64,000 nt of DNA from the human T2T-CHM13v2.0 reference genome, Homo sapiens. Each line of letters begins with the position of its first letter. The first letter of the stretch is position 1. The stretch lies in NCBI RefSeq assembly GCF_009914755.1, contig NC_060935.1, one strand, 5' to 3'. This document shows positions 46,014 through 59,655 of this stretch, in pieces. A program made the translations under genes and the position numbers. The notes beneath the pieces were generated by a model, which saw only the letters and a list, made by a program, of their open reading frames with translations, did no database searches and was not told the DNA's origin.

Positions 46014-48948
46014 ACAATGAGAACACATGGACACAGGAAGGGGAACATCACACACCGGGGACTGCTGTGGGGTGGGATGAGTGGGGATGGATAGCGTTAG
46101 GAGATATACCTAATGCTAAATGACAAGTTAATGGGTGCAACACATCAACATAGCACATGTATACATATGTAACAAACCTGCACGTTGTGCACATGTACCC
46201 TAAAACTTAAAGTATAATAATAATAAAATAAAATAAAAAATAAAAAATAAAACAATGGGGATGTATAATAGCAAAAGAAACCCACAAAAAAAAATAAAAA
46301 AAATTTAAAAAGCTGATAAGCTAAGCAAATACATCTCATAATGTTTTAAGAAAGTTTATTAATTTGTGTTGGGCCACATTCAAAGCTGCCCTAAGCCACA
46401 TGTGGCCCCCAGGCTGTAGGTTGGACAAACTTGGGTTTTAATCAGTCCTCCCAGCAATCTCACCAAATTAGTGTGAGTAAAAATAATTCAGACAAAGCTG
46501 AGAACTATGAGTGTTGCATTCAGGTGATCATTCCCAGGTACTGGCCCAGTTTTGGGAAACAGTCCATCTTGCCCATCCCATCTGCTCTGAGATGTGTGTT
46601 CCAAATGCAAGTTGACCCCAAAATCTAGCCCTGATTTTGGATGGTAGTGAAATTGGGCTAACTGACCTGTAAGATTTCTTGGTGCCAAAATGCTGCAAAC
46701 CTGTGATTTTGTGGTTCAATATTAGACCCTTGATCATACAGATGTAATGAACTGCATCTGCTCTGAGAGATTTGGAATTGACTGGCTCATTAAACACCTT
46801 ACAAAACACATTTGGGAACAGAGAATGCTCTGCTTTGTCCAGGATTTGTGTCCACAGGGGATAGTGGGACTCAGGTGAGAAGTGCATGCACTACCAGGTT
46901 TTTACAACCAGCCCTTTGTTCATCATGACCCTACCTCCCTAAGCCAGACCCACTGAGCTCCGCCTGCCCATGAAGGTGGACAAATGCTCACGATATGCAC
47001 AGCACTGCTCCCTCATCTTCCCCGCTCCTTCTCAGCCAGCTCCACTTTGACCCAGTTCTCCAGTTCCCATCCAGTTTCTGTGACTCCAGTCACCCCTTCA
47101 CTGACGTATCCCTTGTTTCTTGATGGCTATGTCAGCCTCAGGCCCTCAGCTCTCCTTCAAGATCCCGGTCTTGGATTCATCCCACCAGCTGTGTCTCCCC
47201 AGCCTGCCTCGGTGGCAATATGAGGGGTACAGCCTCTCCTTGCCCACCACAAAGCTGTTTATCTAGGCCCAAGTTATTTCTGCCATTGCTTTCTGTGGTG
47301 TTAAGGTCCTGAGAGAGGCGTGAGCTCCTTGGATTCTGAATGCCATGATACCATCACATCATGGAATCTTCTGACAGGAAGAGCCTTTGGATCTCATCCT
47401 GTTAATAGTAGGAGCCTTTCTTCTAACAAACCATCATGCAGAACTACAAGACATGAACTAGGTATTTTAAAAGGTGGGGGCTTCCCTGGTAGAAACAGAT
47501 TCCTAAGTTCCATCCACTTACCCCACAGCCCATGCAGGGAGCAGGGGTATCCTTAGAGACCTAGCTAAGGATAAACCATTGATCTCATCCAACCTCTTGA
47601 AGACACAGAAAGGTGAAGTGACTTTTGCTGTGTCACACAGCTGTAGGTAGTAGTGCTGAGATTAATAGCTAAGGCACTCACCTTCTAAGTCAGTATTTTT
47701 CCCTATACTTCATCCTTATCATCATCATCTTCATCTTTATTTTCATCACAGTGTTTCTCAGCCTTTAATAAACATTGTCCACTAAACCAGTTTCCTTTTG
47801 TTGCTGTTGGTAACTTTGGACATGATCCATTGAGCCTACCGTAGTGTCTTTTCTAGTGAGTCAGAGCCCAGGAAGGAGACAAAAATGGTATAGCTAGGAA
47901 GAAATCTAGATTGAGAGACAGAAGATCTGAATAGGGCCTCACTTTCCTTATCTGCAAAGTGGGAGGAACACCATTCACTTCAAAGATTCATTTGGAGAAC
48001 CCAGTAAAGTGGCATCCACTGCAGTGCTTGGTGCTGTGCCACAGTGGGTGTGCCATGAAAATGCATTCCATTTGAATGGGAGACCTGCAGGGAACCAGTT
48101 TGAGGAGCCTTTGCTTTGCCTGAGTGGACCCAGCATTTCCAGCAAAATAAACTCAGCTTCTTTCCTCTGCATTAACATTGCCTTCTTTGGCTCCTTCTGT
48201 GGCCTTAGCTGAAAAATAAATAAATAAGCATGCGACAGGGTGAGAGGTGGGGAAGGGATGTGGCAAAAGACAAAGAAAGAAAGAGAGAGGAAGATTGATT
48301 TCTGGGCAGAATTTATACCTTTTTGGCTTTTTCAAAGGTAAATGAATAGATTGTTGTTGTTTTTCAGCCTGCCGCTGAGAGTGTGCGTGCGCCTCTGTTA
48401 TGTATAGACCCTTTTAAAGGCTTCTGGAAGCAATCCCTAACATTTTCTATAGGTGCAGACAGATAATTGAATGCTTTCAAAGACCACTGTGAGGCAGGGG
48501 AAGTTCAATTTTGCCGTGTGCTGGTGCTGCATTGACGGAGCGCCCCGTGTGTGTGTGTATTCTCAGGAAGTTGAATTTCTTTTTTGCTTTCCTTCCCACT
48601 ACTGCCCCTTCACCCCTTGTTCTCCCCCAACCTCTGATGAAGCACTTAGAGAGAGGACAAGAAACAATATATAATCGCCCCAAAGTCACACCAAATAAAC
48701 ACAGCAAAAGCTCCCAGCCGCTTCTCTGGCTGCGAATGAAAAGCGCTGCCTCCTGGCTCCCGGGCCTGACGGACAGGGGGCCTTTCTGCTCAGCTATTAT
48801 TAGAGCCGATGTGGCAGAAGCTCAGGCAGCTCTGGGCGGTGGGGGGTTCTTGTTTTAATTTGTTGCCTGTGCAGGCAGAACAAAGCGACATAGGGAGAGA
48901 GGACGGGGGAATTTCCTCCTGCTGCTGTTTCGCCACACGGCGGCCATA

Positions 48949-48950
<2 letters not shown>

Positions 48951-48999
<49 letters not shown>

Positions 49000-49008
49000 C
49001 GCGCGCGC
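48951..49008. repeat. (GT)20(GC)9 compound microsatellite
   Basis: Direct count. Confidence 0.95.
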
Positions 49009-49259
49009 ATGAACTGGATATGTCTGTGTGCAGTGCACGTATGTGTCGGGGGGGGCATGACCTGGAGATGCCCGTGTGCCATGCACTCGTGTGTGTGTGT
49101 GTACATATGTGCATGTGTACATGCAGAGGCCAAGCTCTGAGTGTGCCCATTGTGTAGAACAAGAATATGCTGCATGCAGCAGTGCTATGTTCCCTTTAGG
49201 GCATGAAGGAAAGATGCACAGAGGGTTGAGATAAGGAGGTAAAGAAAGCCCAACCCTCC

Positions 49260-51230
49260 AGATTCATGGCAGATTCAAGTAACCTTGACCATCAATCTGT
49301 GCAAATGATATCTAGTTTCGTTCTCACAACTACCCTTTCAAAAATTGTCTTTCTCATTTTATAGATGAAGAAACGGAGGCTCAAGAGATATTTGAGTGAA
49401 TTACCCAAAGCTTAGTTCAACCGGCTCTAATTACAGTACGATTTCTGCTATATTTGGTGTGTCCTAGTGGGTTGTAGGGTAAAGCAGAAAGAGAATTTCT
49501 TAAGGTTTCAAATCCAGGCAGTGGGGAAGGAAGATTCACCAGGGTTGCTCTTTGTGGTGGATGGGGAAGGGCAGCAGGTATAGTGTCCCTCCTGGTTTAG
49601 GGAAAGGGATGGCGCAGACGTTTCATGGCATCACTGTAATGTCTCCACTGCTGATGATACTAACGGCCACCTAAAGAGGGACACCGTGCCTCCTATGTGC
49701 CAGGCACTGGACTAGAGCCCTAGGTACCTGTTTTCCTGTCCTCTTGCTGTACACCAGAGAATGTAACTCACCTGCTCAAGGTAACCAACTAATAAAGGGC
49801 TGGGCCAGGATGTTAACTGAGGCTCCTTCCTTAAGCGATGTGGCTTTATCTTCTCCAGGTGTATGGAGAGGGAAACTCTCTCCTTGGGTTAAGAGCACAC
49901 TACCTGGTGTCTTGGTTTCCTCCAGGTCCCATCGCTACCCCTCCTGGCTGGACTGAAACAGTACTCATTCCAAGCTGCACTTCTTTGCTCTGAGGAGCAC
50001 ATAGGAATGCCCAACAAATGCTCTTCTTCTGGCTTACTTCCCCTCTTGGAATGCAAGCTCCTTGGAAACAAAGCTGCGCAGCCAAGGGGTTTTCATTTGC
50101 TTTAATCTTTCATCCAATCTAACATTTCTAGCTACCACGTATTAATTGAGCACTTATTATATTACACACTGTGCTAAGTACTTCATGTGCATCCTCACCT
50201 TAGACCCAGGAGGTAGGGATTATTGTTATTCCCATTTTACAGATGAGGAACTTGAGGTTCAACAATGTTAGGCCATTTATCCACGCCAAACACATAGTGA
50301 GTATTCAAACCCTATTGGAACCCCCAAATCCATGCTTCACTTCTTGCCTTCTTCTTCACAGTGTATGCTGTTTAAGTGCATTTTCTCCTTTCCTTTCATC
50401 TTGCACCACCTCTCATCCTAATTATTAGAGGTGTTTAGTGCTATATCACCCTCCCATGGAGCCCTGGATCCCCTTGGTAGGATTTGTCAAACCTTCAATG
50501 AGGCTCTGCTATGTAATCCCAGGGACAGAGAGCAGACAGTCCCTATTGTTTTGAGAGTTCTAAAGGAAGTTTCTCTTGTCACCCTAGGAGGCAGTAGGGG
50601 TTAAGAACCCAGGCTCTGAAGCCAGAAAGTCTGCATTAGAATTCTAGATCTATCACTTATTCACTATTTGAACTTGGGCAAGGTAATTGGTTCTTTATGA
50701 CTTGGTTTTCTCATCCATAAAACGGTCATAATTATAGTATGTACAGCATGAGGTTATTATGTGAATAAAATGAGCTACATGTATAGAATGCTTAGAATTG
50801 TGCCTGTAACATAGCAAACACTGAATAAATGTTAGCTAATATTACCTTAATATTGTTATTTTCTACAGAATTGTAGATTTTAAATCTGGAAGGAATCTGA
50901 CAAGTCACTTGGTTGGCTCAACCTTCCATCTTTAGGCAAATAGAGGATTTGTAATCAGAAGACCTGAATTTGAATCCGAGATCTACCACTTAACACCGGT
51001 ATCTAGAACTCTGAGCAACTTGTTTGACCTTTCCCAGTCTCATTTTCTTCAAATGTAAGAAAAGAGTTGTATTAACAAATATCTGCCCATCTCATAGATT
51101 TGTTGTGAGGATCAAACGAAGGGATGTAATGAAGAAGGCAGATAGAATTTTATGTTAATATTATTTGATTTTTACCTGAAGATAAATAAGACTCAAAGAG
51201 GTTAAATGGGTTACCCAAGAAGAAACTCCT
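49260..51230. mobile_element. Cluster of MIR SINE relics (other MIRs at ~1800-2090, 4920-5150, 29300-29710, 30600-30790, 33780-34290, 36980-37190, 61420-61620)
   Basis: Repeated MIR core text, e.g. CCCATTTTACAGATGAGGAACTTGAGGTTCA (50231) and TTTATAGATGAAGAAACGGAGGCTCAAGAG (49358). Boundaries approximate. Confidence 0.7.
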
Positions 51231-52524
51231 CACCTACCAAGATGGTATCAGCAACTCAACAATATGCAGTCAAGTTTCCACCATCATACCCTTCCGTTTG
51301 GACTGTAGACCCAACAACTAGGAGTTGACTGAAGTAAATGAATGCTGGATCCAGGCAAGAAATTGTCAAAATAACAAGATTGAGGTACCAGGGTGCCAAA
51401 TGGCAGACAGACTGAAGAACTAGGAAACAAAACAAGGTCAAACTATGAACAAACTCTCACCGTAACAGAAGTTAATATATAGGTTACATCAACCAAGTAT
51501 AGGTATCTTATGGTCACAGTGTTAGGAGAAAATAATGTTTATCCGATTCTGCCTACAACTGTAGATTGAAGAAAGAACCACTTGCTTTCTAGGTTTCTTA
51601 TAAAGGGTATTTATTGTATTGTCTCTGACCAGCCCTGCCTTAAGGACACTGCTCATTCAATAGCACCTAGCATCCACCGTCCCCATGTTAAATGCAGGAG
51701 CAGTCATTTAAAATACTGGGTCTTCCTCTCTGGTCTCAGCCTAGATAGGTCTAGAGACAGTCAACTGACTCAATCTGGGCCAATCAGGTCTCTTTCTTGA
51801 GATTTTTGAATTTTGCACCCAGGCTGAAGCTTTAAGGCCAAGGAGCTGTTGGCAGCTCTGTTGCTCCATTTATTACCATTCCTGAGTGCCAGCCCTTGTC
51901 TTTGGACCTGGCTTTGATACCTTTGTTCCCTCATAGCTCCTGTCTTCACCCAAACTGATTGCAGTGGTTCAAGCTGTCAGCCCCATGTATATCCAGTAGC
52001 ATCTGAATTCACAAGGCACACGGCTTAGTTTTCAGGGAACTAAGCTGAGATAAGGTAAGGGATGTTCTATACCCCTTGCTCTTCTTGGGAAAGACCTTGA
52101 ATTCAGACCTCTTAAGGATGCTGAGGTTCTTGGACACAAACCCTCTTTGCTTCTCCACTATGACAGCTTCCTACCCCTCCCAACTCCCGTATCTTTATGA
52201 GCTACTAATTCTTCTTAGTACCTACAATCTCACTGTAATGAGACATGGTCTTGGGAAGCAATGAGTCTCTTTTGTGCTAAGAAGTAAATATTCTCGAATG
52301 TGATGATTTGTACTCAGGGTGTTGGGAAGTGGGGAGCGATATGTTTAAAATTTCTAGAGGGCATTCTCTTGAGTAAAAAAATGCACACGCAATATATCAA
52401 TTGTTTTCATAATCTAAAACATAGAAACAACTCAATGTAACAGTTTTGTCTGGTTTTAGATATGCAGTAGTGTGAGATTACATTGAGGCGCAGATTACAA
52501 AATGATTGAGAACCATTTCAGATT

Positions 52525-53145
52525 TTCTTAACCATTTTTAATAAGGTTTAACTTACATGCAGTAAAGTAAACAGGTAATAAGTGTATAGCCCAGTGAATT
52601 TAGTACATATGTATACACCTGTATAACTACCACCCAGATCAAAATTTAGAACATTTCCAATACCCTAGAGGGCTTCCTCATATCTCCTCCCAGTCAATAA
52701 CCACCACCTCCAAGATAACCATTCTGACCTCTAATTATCATAGATAACTTTTGCATGTCTTGGAATTTCATATAAATGTAATCATACACTACATACTCTT
52801 TTGTATCTGCCATCTTTTGTTTGACATTTTAAATGTTAAATTCATCCATATTGTATGAATAGTACTTTGTCCTTTTTCATTGCTGCATTAACGCAAATGC
52901 AATCGAATCATTGAATAAACATGCCTGTAATTTATTTGCCTATTTTACTGTTGATAGACATTTGGGCAATTTTTAGTTTAGGCCTATAGGAATAAGGTTG
53001 CCATGAACATTCTTGTACATGTCTTTGGTAGACACAAGCACTTTTTGTTGGATATAAACTCCAGTGAGTCATACAGCATAGGTATCGTTAGCTTCAGCAG
53101 AGACTGCCAAGTAGTTTTCCAAAGAAGTTGTATCCACTCCACAAT
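52525..53145 (-). mobile_element. Ancient L1MC/ME-type 3' fragment
   Basis: ACCTGTATAACTACCACCCAGATCAAAATTTAGAACATTTCC...TTCATATAAATGTAATCATAC...GTTGATAGACATTTGGG...ATGAACATTCTTGTACATGTCTTT. Confidence 0.75.
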
Positions 53146-56100
53146 TTAAACAGTTTGTTTACCAAATAGCCACTGAGTACCTATTATGAGCCAGCCACTC
53201 CACTAGGCATTGGGAATACTGAGAGGAAGCATGCACGTCCATGGCCTAGAAGCGCTAATAGCCTGGTAATATCAACAGATACTTTTTAAATAATATGGTA
53301 AGTGATAGGTGAGAGGTGTGCCTGACAGGAGGATCCTTTGGGGCTCTAAGGTTAGATTCCCCGACTCCAGGTGACCAAATGGAAGCTTGGCCAGGTAAAG
53401 AAGGGATGGCATTCGAGGAGAAGGTTGCAGAGGCTCCTCTAGCCCCTGCCAAGCCCTGCAGGCTCTTCTCTGGCTGGGAGTCTCATTAATGGAGCAGCCA
53501 GGCCCAGGCCAGGCTGTCAGGAGCGAACAAACGGCTGCCAACATGAGCAATGATTTAAAGGAGAAGGTTAAGACGTCGGTGAGATGAATACCATTGACTT
53601 CGCTGCCATCCTGGAAGCAATTCATCAGGGCGGCTTGGCAAAGAGGGGCATAAATCCCTAGCCAGCGAGGCCAAGCAGGGCTCTGGGAGGAGGAACAGGA
53701 TGTGATGGCAGCTTCCAGAGCTGTCTCCAGCTGGGCCTGTGCCAGCATTTTGAAAAGCGTCAGTTGGGAGGAATCCCCAGAAGATGACTTTGTAGCTAGG
53801 GTCCCTCCTGTCCTGAGTCGTGGGTCACCGAGGAGGACACCCTCCCTAGTCACTTGCTGTTTGTGCTTCCCATTCTGTGCACCCACTGGAGGTTTTTCTT
53901 GAAGCAGGCTCTGCATTGCCTTCTCCTTCTCTTCAGCCTGAATCTTGGCACTCCTGGAGACTCTTGGTTCAAATGATGTATTTATTTTCTTAACGAAAGG
54001 GAAAGATTTAAGAGTGGGTGTGAAATGCATCCTCCTCCCTCCTCTGACCCTCCCACGTACTTCCTCCGGCAACCTGAGGCCCAGCTCAGCAGACACTTGG
54101 GAAGTCAACAGAAACAAACATGGAGTGGGCATTGCAGAGCACGTGAGTGGATGAGAGATTTTTATGAGTGAAATTTGCTCACAAGCTTCTTTAATAATGT
54201 TATTCATCTTTCTGTCAAAGTCATCACATTAATGTAGCTGGAGAGATTTAGAGGAGATGAATTAAGACTTAAATACACAAAATGACTTGGGGAATATTTA
54301 AATACAATACATTTGATTCTGGTGCAGCATCCTTCCTCACGGGTGTTGCTCATGACTCTTTCCAGGCCCACACAGCCTGGGAATCAACAACTCCCCCTCT
54401 CCTGCCGCCTCCCTCCAATGCTTCATTCATCCAACGCTTCCTGCACCTACCATGTGTGAACTCATTGTCTCCACAGAGCACATATACAATAGCCTGGGTG
54501 CCTGTTCTGGCTTAGACAGGCCACTTTTCCTTTGGGTACCTCAGTTTCTTTATTTGGAAAATGGGTGGGGTTGGCTCTGAATTTCAAAGGATGCAGAGAT
54601 TCCTTAGAGACAGTTGCAGGGAAACAAAGGGAGCCCAGATGCAGAGTCATGGACCCTCTCCCATCCCTTCATCACAGTTCATTGCTATCTACCTGTACGT
54701 ACTGGAAGTTGTGTATTATTTTATTTAAAATAAAAACGCTTTGGCTTTAAAAAAGAAACTATTTCTTCCTTTCTTCCTTCCTTGAGTATTTAGTGAGTCC
54801 CTTCCCTGGACTAAACATTGTGTTAAGCATTCAGGATAGTCACTAAGCAAGTCTGACAGGGCTCCTGTCCTCCTGGTCGGGCAGTCCAACTCACATTCCC
54901 TGGTGGTACAACTTAGAATAAAGAGCGTGCTGTTACAATTAAGCAGAGAAAGCTTCCTGAAAGAGGTGGGCTGCAGAACTCCTGCCTCTCCATTTGCTGT
55001 GCATGCTAGACTTCTGGGCAGACAAAGCTCCTTTCTTCCCAGGGGAGTGGGAGACTCAGCTCTGGCTGCAGAGAGGGTGAAGTGAGGACATCAGACTAGA
55101 AGCCAAAATTAGAGGCAAGAAGAACAGCCCAGACATTGAGCACCCACTCAATGCATCTCCCCACTGTCTGACTGGGCCCAAGCCAAGAGCCAGAGACCTG
55201 GGGACGTTGCAATCCTATTCCCTTCTCCCATCCACCACACTCGCCCCCAGCCCACACCACAACTCTCACCATCCTCACTTTGCTCTCCCACCTCTCCCCT
55301 TCCTCTGCTTGGAGTGGCTGGAGAAGGGGAAAGGGACATCTTCTTGGATTGGAGCCCTTCCCACCCTACTGGCCTTCTCTGACCTCTCCTGGAGCTGCTA
55401 CACAACAGCAGGGGCAAGGCCTCTTCCCCTGCTGTCCTCCAAACCTCCCACAGATCATTGCTTTCAAGGCAGGGCCAGAGGCACCCCTCAACCTGACCCA
55501 GATGGGTTGCTCAGACAGGCTCCAGATTATGTCATAGGGGGCACAAAAAAGTAGTAGACTGGCGAGAGCCCAAGAAAGCTCTGATGAGTTGTTTTTGCTC
55601 TTCCTTCTAAATCCAGGTTTCTCAACGATGCTTTCTGTGTGAGTTTTAGGTTCAAGAAAAAATAAATATACTCAGGCTGCTGAGATTGTTGCAAGAACAC
55701 AGGAATGCAGCCTGATGAAAAGACAGGCCTGGGAGCCGCTCAGGGGCCAACCAGCTTTTGAGACAAGGTCAGCAGATCATGCCCCCAGCAGCAGGCCTTG
55801 CCCCTGACCTAGAATCCCTCCACAGAAGAGCCTGGCAACTCTCAGCGTTTGCTTCTCTGGCTTCTACCATCACCAAGGAGCTCAGCAGCCAAATCTCTGT
55901 ACCTCTTACATTCAGACTTCTGAGGGAGAGTACAACAGATGTGGCTAGTCACCATCTGGGACTGGCCACCACTCACTGGGAAGGTTTAAAAGCCTGACCA
56001 CCACACAGACCACTGGCAGGCTGGAAATTGGCTACCCTGGGGTCTGAGGCCTCCTCCTGGTTCCGTAGCTATCGTGAGAGGATAGGTTAGGCCTGGCGTG

Positions 56101-58186
56101 GGTTTGGCACAGAGACCCATGCATAAGAAACCCTCAGAAGAGAGCTTGAGGCTTGGGGTATGGCAGAGCTGGGGTTCCCCAGGGGGAGCAGGCCCGAGGG
56201 GACAGTATAACAGGCAGCTACCTGTTTACTCCCCAGGATTCCAGGGAAACAAGAGGGTGGAAAGGAAAGGGATTAGGATTCAGAGCCTGAGGCTTTCAGA
56301 GTGTGAGACACTCACAAACCAGGTCTATGTGTGATTCTCTGCTTGATCTCAAAGCAGCTTACACAAAGAAAGAATCATAACTCTTCAAGAGTGTGCCTCA
56401 TTTCTGTTGGCCATGTTAGTCTGCAGTGGTGAGCCAGAATGCAGATGTCAGGGTAACAAAGCTTAGAAGGAGATGTACTCAGAACCTAGCACAAGGGGAC
56501 AGGGTGGGCCCCCAGTCCAGAAAAACCAAGGAGAGGGGCTAGCACACAGTCAGTAGGACCCATGCATTTCTTTAGGACCTCAGCACCGCTCTAGGGGAAC
56601 ATTCCAGGCTGTGTGCTTCAATTCAGAAAGTTCCCAGGAAGAGCAAGATGTTCCACCCCTTTTTCTCTCATTTGCACTGAGTGGGGAGATCTGGCTGTTC
56701 CAAAGTCCATTCCCAAACCCTTCCCTTTGCAGGACCTGAGGCCAGACTCCAGGGAACATGCTGACCCTTCTCAGATAGATGTTACTTGCATCCCATGGCT
56801 GTGTGTTGGCTGTGTGTTAGTGATGAACTTGAGCGTGTGCTGGGTCATCCACACTCTCTTGCTGGGACCCCTTTGTCCTAAAGGAGATGGGTTTGTAATT
56901 CAGCTGGCTGGGGAGAAAATAATGGATCCCACAAAACCTTCCCAAGAGCTGAAATTGTATGAGAGTCATATACAGGTAAACCGAGAACTACTGCTTTTTC
57001 TCCCTAAGTCCCTATAAGAAGCCAGGGCAAATCTATAGTTCAGTCAATTGATGGTACAAGGGACAGGGAAAGGCCTCTTCAGTTGCTGCTGGGCTTCCCA
57101 GCCTATCGAGGAGACGTTTTATTTTTTTGGAGGCAAGAGAGACATGAGATGACTCCATGAAGTCCTGCTAGGCCTGCCCCCCCCCCCCCCCGCCCACTGA
57201 TTTCTATCTGAGAGGGGCTGGAGGAGTCCTGGGGTCAGCATAAGGTGTCTCTGACTTCATGCAATAGAACCAGCACATCGTCACCAGTATGTCGAGAGCA
57301 AGCCTCTAATACCCAGGCCTTAGTGATATTTGTACTGATAGAGTCTTCCACCCAACACTCTTCTTTTAGGCTCATGGAGAGGATCTTTCAATCCTTCCAA
57401 ACAAGAATGCAAGGACAAGCTCACCTCTTTATTGCCTGCCTCTTTGCCTCTGCCTATCTGTACCCCAGCAGTAGGGGGGGTCCAATATCATTGCTCCTGG
57501 AATCCTTGAGCCCCAGACAGATGGCAGTCAACAGCCTGGTGACACAACAGCGGCTCTTGGTGGCCTTCTCAAGCAGCAGACGGGCAATTTATATGAAAGC
57601 ATGTTGTAAAATATCTGTTGACACTGAAGCTATTGTTCTGTTATTGTTGTTGTTGTTGTTGTTAATACAACACCCTTGCCACTCTCAGAGAATTGAGAGT
57701 GGGAATGTTCTTCAAAGATTACAGTCCCCCTGGAGACTGGCTGTCTTCCAGAGGTATCTATTTTTAATTTCACTAATGCTTTTCTTCCAAGAGGACACAG
57801 AAGTCCCACCCAAAAAGGTAGGACCTACCTAGAGTTCAGTCTCATAGCTTGTTGGACTGCCTGTCCTAGGAATAGAATTTAAATGAATTTATGCTGGGCA
57901 ATAAAATATATATTGTAATATAAATGTATAAAGTACAAAGGGTCTTGTCTTCCACTCCACCTTCCTACCACAAGCCCATGAACCCATGTCCCCGAGCCTT
58001 TGGCAAATTTGATCCTAGATGCTAAGCTGACACAGAACACCTTCAATCCATGTAGCTTGGTGTGGTGATGACAGCGCTAGGCTAAGAATAAAGAAACCTA
58101 GGTCAAAGTCTTGATCTCCCTTTACCAGCTTTGTGCCCTTGGGTGACCCTTGGGACCCTTGATTTCTTCAAAAGCTATGTAACAAT

Positions 58187-58544
58187 TGCTATGGCCTGAA
58201 TATTCATGTCCCTCCAAAATTCACATGTTGAAATGTGAGCTCCCAAGGGGATGGTATTAGGAGATGGGGCCCTTGGGGGGTGATGAAGTTATGAGAGTAG
58301 AGCCCTTATGATTGCCATTAGTGCCCTTGCAAAAGAATCCCCAATAAGTTGGATAGCCCCTTCTGCCACGTGAGTTCACAACAAGAAGGCGCCATCTATG
58401 AAGCAGGAAACGAGCCTTCCCCACACCCCAAATCTGCCCTGATGTTAGACTTCCAGACTTCAGAACTTTGATAAATATATTTTGTTGTTTATAAGCTACC
58501 CAATCAATGGCATTGTGTTATAGCAACCTAAATGAACTACGGCA
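58187..58544 (+). mobile_element. MaLR solo LTR (MLT1A/MST-like)
   Basis: TG...CA ends (TGCTATGGCCTGAAT ... GAACTACGGCA) with a perfect 5-bp TSD ACAAT at 58182-58186 and 58545-58549. Confidence 0.88.
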
Positions 58545-59347
58545 ACAATAACACCTATTATTATAGTTGGGAGGACCAAATAAGATAATGGAGATACACT
58601 CCCAAGACCCAGGGCATACTGAGGGCTTAATTAAATAGTCACTGAATTGGAGCTGAAGAAGGCTGTCCACACAAAGTAGGTAGGATTCCAGGGAAGGGCT
58701 TGTGGGAATGTGTTCTCCACAGGTTGAGGGCAGAAAATGGCCAAGTCTATGCTACGTTTAGACCTCGTCAACCACTAATGAAGGGAAACCCAGCTAGAGG
58801 CCCAGCCATAGGACTTGTCAAATTCTAATATATGGAGTCTATAAAAATCAACAACACTCTCCCATGGATTCATTAAAGCAAACAGACCCTCTTATTTATC
58901 AATGCTATTCACCCCAAGTGAAGATGACAACAATCAATTAAATAAACAAATCAAGTTTAAAAAAGCTTAACTGAAGGCAGATGTGATTAATTTCCTCATC
59001 ATTGATTGACATTAACTATATTAGCCAGTTTTGCTATGGTAACAAACAACCCCTAAAATCTTAGCGGCTTATATCTTACAAGCATTTATTTCTTGTTCAC
59101 AGAGCGTGTTGGCAGCTGCAGATGTGCTTCATGAGTCTTCTCATTCAGGGACTTAGGCTGAAAGGGCAGCCCCTAATTTGGGACCTGCCGATCTGACAAT
59201 AGAACTGAGCAAGAGAACTGACCGAACACGCTGTACTCCTTGTATCTTCTGAACTGACTCATATTCCATGAATCCAAGTGAGTCACATGGCCAAGCTTGA
59301 TGGGGGTGTGGGGAGCTGGCACACAGGGGCAGGAGGTGGGGGCATAG

Positions 59348-59655
<308 letters not shown>

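Noticed and set aside
57245-57832. 195-aa ORF with poly-Leu
   Set aside because: GTG start, the Leu run comes from a (TTG)n microsatellite, and there is no recognisable homology.
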